A DNA stretch of 64,000 nt, taken from IMG/VR virus record IMGVR_UViG_3300048574_000421, one strand, 5' to 3'. Positions 55,573 through 64,000 of this stretch are shown here, piece after piece. The position numbers and the translations under genes are program-made. How positions within the stretch are numbered: position 1 is the first letter of the stretch; the number at the start of each line of letters is the position of its first letter. This DNA is from a virus (lineage: Duplodnaviria; Heunggongvirae; Uroviricota; Caudoviricetes). The notes beneath the pieces are model-generated. The model had not been told where the DNA came from, made no database searches, and saw nothing but the letters and a program-made list of their open reading frames with translations.

Positions 55573-56376
55573 TTATGCAGCTTTTGTCTCTTTTTTGTTA
55601 ATGAGCATGAAGTTTTGTAGTTCTTTTGCAGCTTTGTCAACTCCCCACAAATCATAATCAAGACGATTAATCATATCTACAGGATCAACTCCCAACAAAG
55701 CAAAAGAATACAATATCGCAGGCATTATTGTACCAACGTCTTTTATGTAAAACTCAATTTCGTTTTGACCATAAAAGTTCTTCTTGATGTCTTCTTCCAT
55801 AACACCTGTCGACATAAAACGTGCAGCACACCATGCGACATGATTACCATGGAGAATATGTCTCATTTGAGGTGAATTTGCGTTTTCAATAGCTTTAATG
55901 AGGAATTCAACGATATCTTTTTCTGTAAAAAGCATATCAGAAGAACTTAAAAATGAAGTAATACTTTTTGCTAAAGACAACGAAGGTAATTCATTATCTT
56001 TTCGAGTCTTTTCAGGTAACTCTTCATAAAGTCTAAACAAAGGGTTGAAAACTTTGTCAGAAGGTTTTGATTTTGCTGAAATGCCAAGTTCCAACATTGC
56101 TTCTGGCGATAAATCTTTCACAAAAACAGGATTTTTTTCATCACCCGTGAATGTATAGTCTCCCATAGGACTGCTAGCATAAGAAATTCTTAATGTACTT
56201 CCTACAGGAAAGAAACCTTGGAAAGGGTGTGTAGGATTTACTCTTAATTCTTCACATCCTTTGTACCAAAGATCATGTGTAAGTTTTGCAGGAATATGAA
56301 TGTTTTCAATCAAGAAAAAATAAAAAGCATTACCACTTCCAGGAATACTCGTCGCTTTTTCAATTGGGTATCTCAT
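55573..56376 (-). CDS. hypothetical protein, possible RyR-like repeats
   Basis: 'THDLW...NPLF..YEELPEKTRKDN' and 'NHVAW.A.R'. Confidence 0.4.
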   Translation of the reverse strand: MRYPIEKATSIPGSGNAFYFFLIENIHIPAKLTHDLWYKGCEELRVNPTHPFQGFFPVGSTLRISYASSPMGDYTFTGDEKNPVFVKDLSPEAMLELGISAKSKPSDKVFNPLFRLYEELPEKTRKDNELPSLSLAKSITSFLSSSDMLFTEKDIVEFLIKAIENANSPQMRHILHGNHVAWCAARFMSTGVMEEDIKKNFYGQNEIEFYIKDVGTIMPAILYSFALLGVDPVDMINRLDYDLWGVDKAAKELQNFMLINKKETKAA

Positions 56377-56395
56377 CGTTATCTCTTTTCTTCAT

Positions 56396-56428
56396 AAAAG
56401 AAGCGCACGACTTTTCAACCGTGCGCTT
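56396..56428 (-). terminator. intrinsic terminator after pspA
   Basis: AAGCGCACG/CGTGCGCTT plus CTTTT. Confidence 0.55.
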
Positions 56429-56442
56429 ATCTCAATTATTTA

Positions 56443-57117
56443 TTATTGTTGTTGCTGTTGTTTCAATTTTGCTAATCTTGAAGAAGCTCCCGAAGCACCA
56501 AGAGCTTTTCGAGTTTGTTCTTCAAGACTTTCAGACGCTGTTGATTCTTTCATCGTCTGACTCTTAATCAAACGTTTTTTCGCTTCTTCCTGACGTTGTT
56601 TAAATGTTGCCAAAGCAGATGTACCAGAACCACTAGAAATTTGCGCTAATTTCTCGTTTGCAGCGGCAGCATCAGTCATTGCTTTCAATGTAACTAAATC
56701 AGTTTCAACTTGCTGTAGACTTGACTCCAAATCTCTACGTGTGTTCATCTGTTCTGCAAGGAGTTTTTCCTGTACATCAATAGCAATTTTAAGACTTTCG
56801 ACTTGTCTTTCGAGACCTTCAGCAGCTTCTAAATGTTGTTGTGAAAGTGTAGGATTAACAGTCTCAAGAGCTAATGCATCAGCATCATGCTTCTTTATTT
56901 GAGCTTCATAAGAATCTTTTTTGTCTTTTAAAACTGCAATTTCACCTTTGATAGATCCGATATTTGATTTCACGCTTTCAACATCGGATTTCAATTTTGC
57001 AATATCCTGTTTTCCAAAATCGACAGCATTTTCAGATGCTATTTTATCTGCTTCGTTCTGAGCAGCAGCATCAACTTTTCTGCCCCAATTTGCAAACAGA
57101 CTTTTTAAACCACCCAT
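56443..57117 (-). CDS. pspA: PspA/IM30 family protein
   Basis: N-terminal amphipathic 'MGGLKSLF', long coiled coil, C-terminal 'SRLAKLK'. Confidence 0.75.
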   Translation of the reverse strand: MGGLKSLFANWGRKVDAAAQNEADKIASENAVDFGKQDIAKLKSDVESVKSNIGSIKGEIAVLKDKKDSYEAQIKKHDADALALETVNPTLSQQHLEAAEGLERQVESLKIAIDVQEKLLAEQMNTRRDLESSLQQVETDLVTLKAMTDAAAANEKLAQISSGSGTSALATFKQRQEEAKKRLIKSQTMKESTASESLEEQTRKALGASGASSRLAKLKQQQQQ

Positions 57118-57131
57118 TTTACATTACCTCC

Positions 57132-57533
57132 CTATACAATAGTTGAAAGTTTTTCAGTACCTTGCTTGACCATAATAAGTACCCAGGCCAAAGCAGCTTC
57201 AAGTTCGTTTTTATCGAGATTCTCAAACTCGAGATTCTCTTTAAAATAAATCTTTTTACCATCAGATGTAAACTTACCATGAACTGCAGTGTGATTCAGC
57301 TCAATAAGTGTTTTGAACATAACATACTGAATCGATTCATCTTCAGGTACTTCACAAATTGTAGCTGAAATACAAACCAATGATTCTTCGACGTCAACTA
57401 TACATGACGTCTCTTCAAGACCATTTACTTCAAAAATGTCTTCTCGAAGTTTTTTGAACGAAACATCTTCGATATCACAAAGAAAATCTATGACTTTCCC
57501 TGCATTTTCGATTTCTTTCTGACTTGGACTCAT
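57132..57533 (-). CDS. YbjN/CesT-like chaperone-fold protein
   Basis: Acidic 133 aa, 'LIELNH..VHGKF...I.F.ENL..ENLD.NEL..AL'. Confidence 0.65.
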   Translation of the reverse strand: MSPSQKEIENAGKVIDFLCDIEDVSFKKLREDIFEVNGLEETSCIVDVEESLVCISATICEVPEDESIQYVMFKTLIELNHTAVHGKFTSDGKKIYFKENLEFENLDKNELEAALAWVLIMVKQGTEKLSTIV

Positions 57534-57544
57534 AATTAAACTCC

Positions 57545-58135
57545 TTATCTGTTAATTTTTAACGACTCTACATCTTCAACTCTGATGTCACAGCCATACC
57601 ATACTTCTATATAGCCTTTTACTTTGTTTCCTGTCCATTCAATGAAACAATGAGGATTACCTCGAGCTTCATCGTTAGTAAAATATTCAGCAAGAGTTTT
57701 TTGATCAGTTCCTTGCGTTTTTGTTGTTGTCGACTCAATGCCAAAGTTTGTGTCTCCTTGACGATCCCATGTAACATCAACTTCTCCGTCACTGAAATGT
57801 ATAGTTACTTCAAACCTGTCAATAAGATCATCAGCATCAGGGAAAAATAAAGGACTGAAATCTTCAGAAGGACCTTCAGTATTAAGATAAAAAACTCTTA
57901 AATCAAAATCATCACCAACATTTCTGACCAATAACATTATGTTATGTTCTTGATCAGGTTTTGGTTTGTATGTTGCAAGATAAGCAGTATAAGTAAAAAA
58001 CCCGCTTGGTTCTTTATACGTTCTAACTTCTGTAATGACAAAATCGACACTGATCTTACTATATTCAGTTTGTGTTTGAATATCAGACAACGTAATAATG
58101 TCTTTAACTTTAAAACCCAAAAAATCTTTCAACAT
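57545..58135 (-). CDS. DUF4178/YjfK-like protein
   Basis: 'KVKDIITL...V..Y...EY...IEW...E.WYG..I..EDV'; position in the pspA operon. Confidence 0.4.
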   Translation of the reverse strand: MLKDFLGFKVKDIITLSDIQTQTEYSKISVDFVITEVRTYKEPSGFFTYTAYLATYKPKPDQEHNIMLLVRNVGDDFDLRVFYLNTEGPSEDFSPLFFPDADDLIDRFEVTIHFSDGEVDVTWDRQGDTNFGIESTTTKTQGTDQKTLAEYFTNDEARGNPHCFIEWTGNKVKGYIEVWYGCDIRVEDVESLKINR

Positions 58136-58138
58136 AAT

Positions 58139-58909
58139 TTATTTCCTTAATGCAAAAATTACAAAACCTATAACTATCAAAACAATAATTATTCCTATAA
58201 TTGCTCCTATTGGTGATGCTTCTTGTACAGGTCTGCCATCATCTCTCCAACGACCATAACCATTATTTTGCAAAGCTGCATGATCAATCATCATATCTGT
58301 TACAGCTAGAGCAACAAAAGCATTTGTAATAGGACTATAATATCCATAACCATAACCTCCACCTGGGAAAGCACCATAAGATGTTGGTGCAGGATTATTG
58401 TTAATAATAACTGTTTTAGGCACATAAGAAGGTGTTGTTGTTGGTGGTGTTGCACTTGTAAAAGAATTAGATGATGCAAGTTTTTGACGATAAGCTTGTT
58501 CAGCTTCAGCTTTTGACTTATACTTCTTTACTGCTTCTTTATTGCTTTGCGCCATTGCCTTTGTTTTTTGTTTATCAAGCGAACTTGCTGAAACAGCTTT
58601 AGGTTTTGATGTTGTAGTCGAAGATGTAGATTTAAACGTACTGGGACTCGTTGACGAACGTGTTGATGTTAAAGTTGTCGAAGTTTTTGTGAAAGTTGTT
58701 GTAGGCTTTGATGGTGTTATAGTTTGTTTTGGAGTTGCTTGTCTTGAAACTGACGAGCTTCCTGACGAACTTCTGAAACTACTCCCGCTGCTTGAACGTG
58801 AACTGCTTGAACTAGATTTTGGAAAAACATTAGTAATGCTTATTCCTATTATTAAGAAAACACCCAACACAAAATGAATACTATTTCTTTTCATTTTGGT
58901 CCCTTTCAT
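58139..58909 (-). CDS. exported Ser/Thr-rich membrane-anchored protein
   Basis: Signal peptide, S/T low complexity, Gly/Tyr patch, C-terminal TM. Confidence 0.6.
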   Translation of the reverse strand: MKGTKMKRNSIHFVLGVFLIIGISITNVFPKSSSSSSRSSSGSSFRSSSGSSSVSRQATPKQTITPSKPTTTFTKTSTTLTSTRSSTSPSTFKSTSSTTTSKPKAVSASSLDKQKTKAMAQSNKEAVKKYKSKAEAEQAYRQKLASSNSFTSATPPTTTPSYVPKTVIINNNPAPTSYGAFPGGGYGYGYYSPITNAFVALAVTDMMIDHAALQNNGYGRWRDDGRPVQEASPIGAIIGIIIVLIVIGFVIFALRK

Positions 58910-59025
58910 TTAATTTTGTTTGTAAAAACATTCTTTAAATCATGCAACATAATTATATCAAATAAAAACACCAAAATTTTAACATTTTTTATTAAAACAA
59001 AGTGCCAATTTAATAAAATAATAAT

Positions 59026-59559
59026 ATGAAAAAATTTTATCTTCCAATATATTTCTTAATTGCAGTATGGTCAGTTTTTATCATTGATTTTTTTCTTCCT
59101 ATTAGATTAAATCAGTATGGAATTTATCCAAGACACGTAAATGGTTTAATAGGCATCCTTTTCTGCCCATTTTTACATGCAAACTTACATCATGTAATTT
59201 GCAATTCTTTACCTCTATTTGTTTTACTTTCTATTACCACTTATTTTTTTAGAAAAAACAATCTTACTATAGTTTTCTCGATTTCTATTTTAGGTGGTCT
59301 TTTAGTCTGGGTTTTTGGAAGAAGTTCTTATCATGTTGGTGCAAGTTTATTAGTTTTTGGTCTTGCAAGTTTCATTATATTTTTTGGAATTTTTGAAAAA
59401 AAGATTTTGCCCATTATCTTATCAATAATAGTTTTTTGTCTTTACGGGACTTCTTTACTCATTGGATTATTGCCTATTTTTCCTGGAGTTTCTTGGGAAG
59501 GTCATCTTTGTGGTTTGATTGCAGGCATAATAGTCGCAAAACAATTAGCAAAAAAATAA
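59026..59559 (+). CDS. rhomboid intramembrane serine protease
   Basis: 'GI.PR...GL.GI...PFLHA...H...N', 'HVGAS', 'SWEGHLCG'. Confidence 0.88.
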   Translation: MKKFYLPIYFLIAVWSVFIIDFFLPIRLNQYGIYPRHVNGLIGILFCPFLHANLHHVICNSLPLFVLLSITTYFFRKNNLTIVFSISILGGLLVWVFGRSSYHVGASLLVFGLASFIIFFGIFEKKILPIILSIIVFCLYGTSLLIGLLPIFPGVSWEGHLCGLIAGIIVAKQLAKK

Positions 59560-59627
59560 ACAATTTTAAAAACACTTGTTAATGTGTATATTTAAAATAA
59601 AAACATACACTTAACAAGATAATTTGA

Positions 59628-60407
59628 ATGTCAACTTCATTAGAAATCTACCTAAAAAAAATATCGAAATATCCTTTACTTGCAAAAGAAGAAGAACAAG
59701 AGCTTTCTATAAAAGCAAAAAAAGGCGATAAATCAGCAGAACAAAAACTTGTCACTTCTAACTTGAGACTTGTTGTTTCTATTGCAAAAAAATACCAATA
59801 CGCGATTGATATCCTTGATGCTATAAATCAGGGAAATATTGGTTTAATTCAAGCAGTACAAGGCTTTGACGAAACTAAAAATTTAAAATTTGGTACTTAC
59901 GCATCTTGGTGGATCAATAGAGCTATAACAAATTTTGTTTATTTTCATAATGACATTATAAAACAATCCTCAAGTTTTTTCAAACTCCAAAGACATATAA
60001 AAAACTTTCAATCAAAAACACAAATGTATCCAACAATAGAACAACTTTCTGAATTAACAAATATTGACAAAAAAGTTATTACAGCATCTTTAACATATTA
60101 TCAACAAACAGATTTAGATGCTATTGTAGATGAAGAAAGTGGTAATTCGTTCCATGAAATCATACCTGATATACAAGATACTTTTTCATTTGATCATGAA
60201 TTTATTTTATCGCACTCCTGTCTAAACCCAAAAGAAAAGAATGTTATAGTTTTAACATTTGGGTTTGATGAAGGTGGTTATTATAGAACACTAAAAGAAG
60301 TATCTGAAATTCTTAAAGTCAGTCATGAATGTGTCAGACAAACAAAAATAAATGCTCTTGCAAAAATAAGAAGGGCAATTATAAAGCATTATAACGATAT
60401 TTTTTAA
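59628..60407 (+). CDS. RpoD/RpoS-like sigma-70 factor
   Basis: 'YL..I..YPLL..EEE.EL...GD..A..KLV.SNLRLVVSIAKKY...GN.GL..AV..FD...KF.TYA.WWI...TL.EV...L.VS.E.VRQ'. Confidence 0.92.
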   Translation: MSTSLEIYLKKISKYPLLAKEEEQELSIKAKKGDKSAEQKLVTSNLRLVVSIAKKYQYAIDILDAINQGNIGLIQAVQGFDETKNLKFGTYASWWINRAITNFVYFHNDIIKQSSSFFKLQRHIKNFQSKTQMYPTIEQLSELTNIDKKVITASLTYYQQTDLDAIVDEESGNSFHEIIPDIQDTFSFDHEFILSHSCLNPKEKNVIVLTFGFDEGGYYRTLKEVSEILKVSHECVRQTKINALAKIRRAIIKHYNDIF

Positions 60408-60408
60408 A

Positions 60409-60795
60409 ATGGAACTTTACAAACAAGGCAAAATTAGGATTGTTTCAACACCAACAAACATTTCAGTTTATTGGTTACATTCTCCTATGCAATCAGGTTG
60501 TGTAGAAATATCATGCTTGGATAATAAAAACTGGTGGATTTCTAGAGCCTTCGTAAGTCCTAAATTTAGAAATCAAGGTGTAGGTTCTCACATTATGAAA
60601 CTTGCAATAGACGAAGTCAAAAAACACAAAGGAAAATTAATTCTTGTCACGCCTGGTGGTTATGAAGGGAATACTCAACGTCAATTTAATTTTTATGCAA
60701 AAAATGGTTTTTCAATTCCTGAAAAGAAACAACTTCCAATAAGTCTTGATTTAGATTTAGAGCATTTGGAGAGCATTATGATTTACGCTCTCTAA
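60409..60795 (+). CDS. GNAT acetyltransferase
   Basis: 'FVSPKFRNQGVGS..M...NFYAKNGF'. Confidence 0.8.
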   Translation: MELYKQGKIRIVSTPTNISVYWLHSPMQSGCVEISCLDNKNWWISRAFVSPKFRNQGVGSHIMKLAIDEVKKHKGKLILVTPGGYEGNTQRQFNFYAKNGFSIPEKKQLPISLDLDLEHLESIMIYAL

Positions 60796-61191
60796 AAGAA
60801 ACTGTTTTTTGACAAAAGCATTATTTGAACAAACTACATATTTTTCAAGTTTGGGCGACAATCCAATTAATGTAGTATAATAACTTTCCCATAATTCTAA
60901 TTTTTTACCAACATCATTTGTTTTTTCGATACAACTTAAAATTTCAAATGTTGTCCTGTAAACACTCGAAAAAATATAAAGAACTTTTATTTTTTCTCTA
61001 ATATCATTAATTGTTTTTTCGCTTAAATAGATTTTCGACGATAAATCTTCCAAAACCCACCCTAACCCGCACATTGAAACATTCATTAGAATATGTCTTG
61101 GAGGTATATCATGAGCAACACAAAAACATGATATTTCGTTCTCTACATCTTCCATGTTCCAACGAATTACTGCTTTGATATAAGAAATCAT
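60757..61191 (-). CDS. hypothetical protein
   Basis: ATGA overlap with the HD gene. Confidence 0.45.
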   Translation of the reverse strand: MISYIKAVIRWNMEDVENEISCFCVAHDIPPRHILMNVSMCGLGWVLEDLSSKIYLSEKTINDIREKIKVLYIFSSVYRTTFEILSCIEKTNDVGKKLELWESYYTTLIGLSPKLEKYVVCSNNAFVKKQFLLESVNHNALQML

Positions 61192-61817
61192 TTTTTGTAT
61201 ATTTGTTTTGATATTAAAAGAGCTGCATCGACAACTTCAAGGTCATTTGCATATTTTGTATAAAGCATTGTTTTTAAATCTTTGGTTGAAGCATCAGAAC
61301 CATCTTTTATTTTTGTTTTTCTAGTTGTAAAAGCATCTATAAAATCACAAATCGAAACTATAGTAGAAATTTCTAAAACTTTTTTTACTGTTGTAGGCGA
61401 CCAAGTTTTAGGAAAATCTTCAAGAGATACACCATAACCTGATGTATATAAGTTGTGGTGTAAACCTGCACACAAAGCTGTAAAAGCATGAAATTTCTTA
61501 AGAGCTTCAAATCCAACTCTTGAATGTTCTTTAATACGGGAGTACTCTTCAGATGTTACTTCGTGGCCATCAAACAAAGATGAAGGTAATAACATCTTGC
61601 CTATATCATGAAGTAAACCAGCAAAAAATGCAGCCTTTGTATCTTTCCTTAAACTTTTCGCTGTACTTTCGCAAAGTAACGCTACATTTTCAACATGTTT
61701 CTTTGTAGAGACATGATTAATTTCAGCAAAAGCAAGAAAAAGTCGTGCAGTATGTGCAAGATCTCCTGAGGGATTATATGCTTTTATTTTGTTTGCAACA
61801 ACAGTTGAGCATTTCAC
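61188..61817 (-). CDS. HD-domain (HD-GYP-like) phosphohydrolase
   Basis: 'H..NVA...AGLLHDIGK...IKEH...G...LHH...GYG...CDFIDA'; GTG start at 61817 with AAGGAG RBS. Confidence 0.8.
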   Translation of the reverse strand: MKCSTVVANKIKAYNPSGDLAHTARLFLAFAEINHVSTKKHVENVALLCESTAKSLRKDTKAAFFAGLLHDIGKMLLPSSLFDGHEVTSEEYSRIKEHSRVGFEALKKFHAFTALCAGLHHNLYTSGYGVSLEDFPKTWSPTTVKKVLEISTIVSICDFIDAFTTRKTKIKDGSDASTKDLKTMLYTKYANDLEVVDAALLISKQIYKK

Positions 61818-61836
61818 AAAAACTCCTTGAAAAAAA

Positions 61837-61907
61837 TGCCTCTGCACAGATTCGAACTGTGGTGGGTTGTTTTAGAGACAACTGCTTTACCGCTAAGCTA
61901 CAGAGAC
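61837..61907 (-). tRNA. amber suppressor tRNA (anticodon CUA)
   Basis: GTCTCTG/CAGAGGC-A; GCTT/AAGC D-arm; GTTGT-CTCTAAA-ACAAC; CACAG-TTCGAAT-CTGTG. Confidence 0.88.
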
Positions 61908-61912
61908 ATTTG

Positions 61913-62221
61913 TTAAATTGCAACTTTTAACGTACTGAAAACTTCACCAGAATCATAACAAGCAATAGCAGTCAACTGATTTTCAAGATCAGGTTCGTAA
62001 AATCTGCTAAAAATCTTGTTAGAACTTTCGAGTCTCGTCATATATTGTTTTAATTCAAGCAAATTTCTAGTACCAAGAAACACAATAGTACTATTATGCC
62101 ATTCATTAAACAATGTTGAGTACTCGATAGCAAATTGTGCAAGGGCATGAGCACCTTGCACAATTCTGTATGTTTCAGCAAGATCATTGCGCACTAAGAC
62201 ATACATCTTCTTTGTACGCAT
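61913..62221 (-). CDS. peptidyl-tRNA hydrolase type 2-like protein
   Basis: 'KMYVLVRNDL......QGAHA...W...TIV.L...FYEPDL..QLTAIA'. Confidence 0.7.
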   Translation of the reverse strand: MRTKKMYVLVRNDLAETYRIVQGAHALAQFAIEYSTLFNEWHNSTIVFLGTRNLLELKQYMTRLESSNKIFSRFYEPDLENQLTAIACYDSGEVFSTLKVAI

Positions 62222-62483
62222 TTTTGATCCCCTGAATAAGTTCCATATTCGGTTTATTATTTGCAGCAACGTTCTTTTCAATTTGTTCATAACTTCTTCC
62301 TCTGATAAGACTATAAGCTATATGGTGATGTCTGTAATTTTCTGCCATCTTTTTTATAGCATAAAACATTCCATTATCATAGCCACAATTTTTCTTTTGA
62401 TATGCTTTTAGTTTAGCTTTTAAAGTTCGAATTTCAGCAGCTTGTACTTTAAGATAATTTTTAAGTTCAGAAAGTTTTGACAT
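62184..62483 (-). CDS. basic hypothetical protein
   Basis: CAGGAG RBS before MSKLSELK; 'YRHHHIAYSLIRGRSYEQIE'. Confidence 0.6.
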   Translation of the reverse strand: MSKLSELKNYLKVQAAEIRTLKAKLKAYQKKNCGYDNGMFYAIKKMAENYRHHHIAYSLIRGRSYEQIEKNVAANNKPNMELIQGIKNAYKEDVCLSAQ

Positions 62484-62548
62484 TTTTGTCTCCTGTGTTG
62501 AGTTTAATAGAATCTGTTTAGAGTCATAACAGCTATCAACAGGAGATT

Positions 62549-62599
62549 TTATGGAGGTTTGAAAACTCTTATCTATGTGAAACCTGAAATCTATAACAT
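62549..62599 (-). promoter_or_regulatory. putative amber-containing leader ORF: M L (TAG) I S G F T (TAG) I R V F K P P TAA
   Basis: AAGGA RBS; ends next to CTCCTGTTGA, which pairs with the downstream RBS region TCAACACAGGAG. Confidence 0.4.
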
Positions 62600-62727
62600 T
62601 GTTCTTCCTTATCATGAACTTTTTTATAAATTTGTTATCCTTTTAAATATAATTAAAAAATTCGAAAAAGGAACAAAAAAATGATCGGGTCACTAAAACT
62701 ATTAAACTAAAAAGAATACAAATAACA

Positions 62728-62994
62728 ATGGCATCTATTCTCTCTGCAAACGTTATATCAAACACAATGATAAAATGCGTAAAATGTGGTTACTGTTGTA
62801 CTATAGGACCTTGTTTATTTGGTACATGGGATGAGCAAAAAAAACAATGTTCTTTTCTAACTGAAAAAAATGAATGCAGTAAATACACTGAAATAAACAA
62901 GTTACCAGGTAGTATTTTTTCACCTGCATTTGGCATGGGCTGCTCATCATCAATTGGTAACTTAAGAAGAACCGAAAAACTAAAAACACTATGA
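62728..62994 (+). CDS. CxxCxxCC (YkgJ-like Fe-S/Zn) protein
   Basis: 'CVKCGYCC...C...CSFL....C..Y'. Confidence 0.6.
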   Translation: MASILSANVISNTMIKCVKCGYCCTIGPCLFGTWDEQKKQCSFLTEKNECSKYTEINKLPGSIFSPAFGMGCSSSIGNLRRTEKLKTL

Positions 62995-63110
62995 AAGTAA
63001 AAAAATGTCCAGCATGCTCAGGTTCAGGATATTATGATAGTTTTGGTTCGCCTGTATGTTCTGCCTGCAATGGTCTTGGTGTTGCTCGTGGAAAGTTAAA
63101 CGTATATTAA
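62991..63110 (+). CDS. 39-aa DnaJ-type zinc-finger microprotein (not in ORF track)
   Basis: MKVKKCPACSGSGYYDSFGSPVCSACNGLG...: two CxxCxGxG repeats. Confidence 0.6.
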   Translation: MKVKKCPACSGSGYYDSFGSPVCSACNGLGVARGKLNVY

Positions 63111-63119
63111 TAAAATATT

Positions 63120-63674
63120 TTGACATTGAAAAGTGTAGAATTGAGAAAATTTATGAATCGTGGAAATAAAAAAATATCTTTAGATGCCAATAAACTTACT
63201 CAAATTAACGAATTAAAACAAGTTTTAGCTTCAAACAGAACACAAATTCGTCAACTTGAAGATGAATCAAACAAAACTGCAGAACTAATATTAGTTTTAG
63301 TCCTTTCAAATCCTGACATACTTAATGAACAATCTTGGTTAATTGATTCTAACAGTAATTGTCTTATTTCGCAAACAAATAAACATTGTTTCTTAACTGA
63401 AATACTGCAAACAGATTATCATCAAAGATACTCAACTACAATTTCAAATATTCCTATAGAGCTTTATTTTGATGACAACGATATTACAATCTATTTCACT
63501 TCAAACACACATTTCATAGACTTTGTGAAATCAATGAAATTAAAACTTAACTTAAATCCTTTAAAAGATACTATTAAGTCCCTAGAAACTTCTCTTAAAG
63601 AAGACAATTGTAGACTTGAAAAACTAAAAAACGAACTTAACGAACAAATAAAACTATACCCGGAGGAAATATGA
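63120..63674 (+). CDS. hypothetical coiled-coil protein
   Basis: ORF track. Confidence 0.5.
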   Translation: MTLKSVELRKFMNRGNKKISLDANKLTQINELKQVLASNRTQIRQLEDESNKTAELILVLVLSNPDILNEQSWLIDSNSNCLISQTNKHCFLTEILQTDYHQRYSTTISNIPIELYFDDNDITIYFTSNTHFIDFVKSMKLKLNLNPLKDTIKSLETSLKEDNCRLEKLKNELNEQIKLYPEEI

Positions 63675-64000
63675 ACTTTTCAATTCCACAAGGTGTTTTA
63701 AATTTATTGTCTTCTAGAGACTCAAAAGCTTCAGATGATTATAGTTTTTGTCTTTCTGGTGACATTAATCAAATGTCGATACAAAAAGAATTCTTAAAAA
63801 ACCAGAGATTTAATGTTGCGCAAAGCAATGTATATCCTGTCTTAAAGGAAGAAGATGTTCCTGCTGCATTAAAAGCGATTTTTGAATATAAAGTTCAAGG
63901 TTGGTGGCATTATAAAGAAAAATATGTTGAGTTAAAAATTTGTTCTAGTGAAGAATTCGATACTGAACTAGAAATATTATGCAAAAGGGAGTTTAACTAA
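63671..64000 (+). CDS. hypothetical protein
   Basis: GGAGG RBS, ATGA overlap. Confidence 0.5.
   Translation: MNFSIPQGVLNLLSSRDSKASDDYSFCLSGDINQMSIQKEFLKNQRFNVAQSNVYPVLKEEDVPAALKAIFEYKVQGWWHYKEKYVELKICSSEEFDTELEILCKREFN

Noticed and set aside
58560-58820. Tandem DNA repeat in the S/T-rich gene
   Set aside because: It is low-complexity protein coding without a fixed repeat unit.
59575-59618. Imperfect hairpin upstream of the RpoD-like sigma gene as a riboregulator
   Set aside because: AT-rich, no U-tract and no clear RBS to mask; the evidence is too weak.
61837-61907. tRNA-Pyl
   Set aside because: Canonical D-loop GG, TTC T-loop and 5-bp anticodon stem; no pyl genes in the window.
1-64000. 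Window-wide TAG recoding
   Set aside because: Recognisable genes are uninterrupted in code 11, and several end at TAG followed by the next gene's RBS. Recoding elsewhere in the genome cannot be excluded.

Overview
AT-rich (roughly 28-30% GC by eye), densely coded segment that looks like part of a large (jumbo-type) bacteriophage genome. It contains two sigma factors, an M15 endolysin, a class II ribonucleotide reductase and an RtcB (each with an intein), a Hel308/Ski2-like helicase, dUTPase, ThyX, NadD, NADAR and a PARP, and no ribosomal or housekeeping operons. The most interesting content is RNA-centred. (1) A 12-gene minus-strand tRNA array (24044-28765) is preceded by a leaderless 25-aa peptide, MKTTRIANRARENRITINGNDETGG. 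After M-K it uses only the eight amino acids served by the array, and it is followed by mutually exclusive antiterminator and terminator hairpins. This looks like a ribosome-stalling attenuator that would switch on phage tRNAs when the matching host tRNAs are depleted. (2) Two of the array's tRNAs (Ile GAU and Ile UAU) have a rearranged fold, with the D-loop and one D-stem strand moved behind the anticodon arm. Three DUF559 endonucleases sit directly 5' of tRNAs, and two of them read into the tRNA. (3) Four tandem Y-RNA-like ncRNAs (31248-31881) share a scaffold but carry tRNA-like modules in different permutations. They lie directly upstream of an operon of Ubl, TROVE/Ro60-vWA, putative E2-like protein, JAB, ThiF/E1, PNK and WGR-PARP. 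(4) An amber (CUA) tRNA closes a Pth-like operon whose leader contains two in-frame TAG codons. A PspA/CesT/K+-channel/rhomboid membrane-stress module is also present. All family assignments come from motif recognition by eye; no searches were run.
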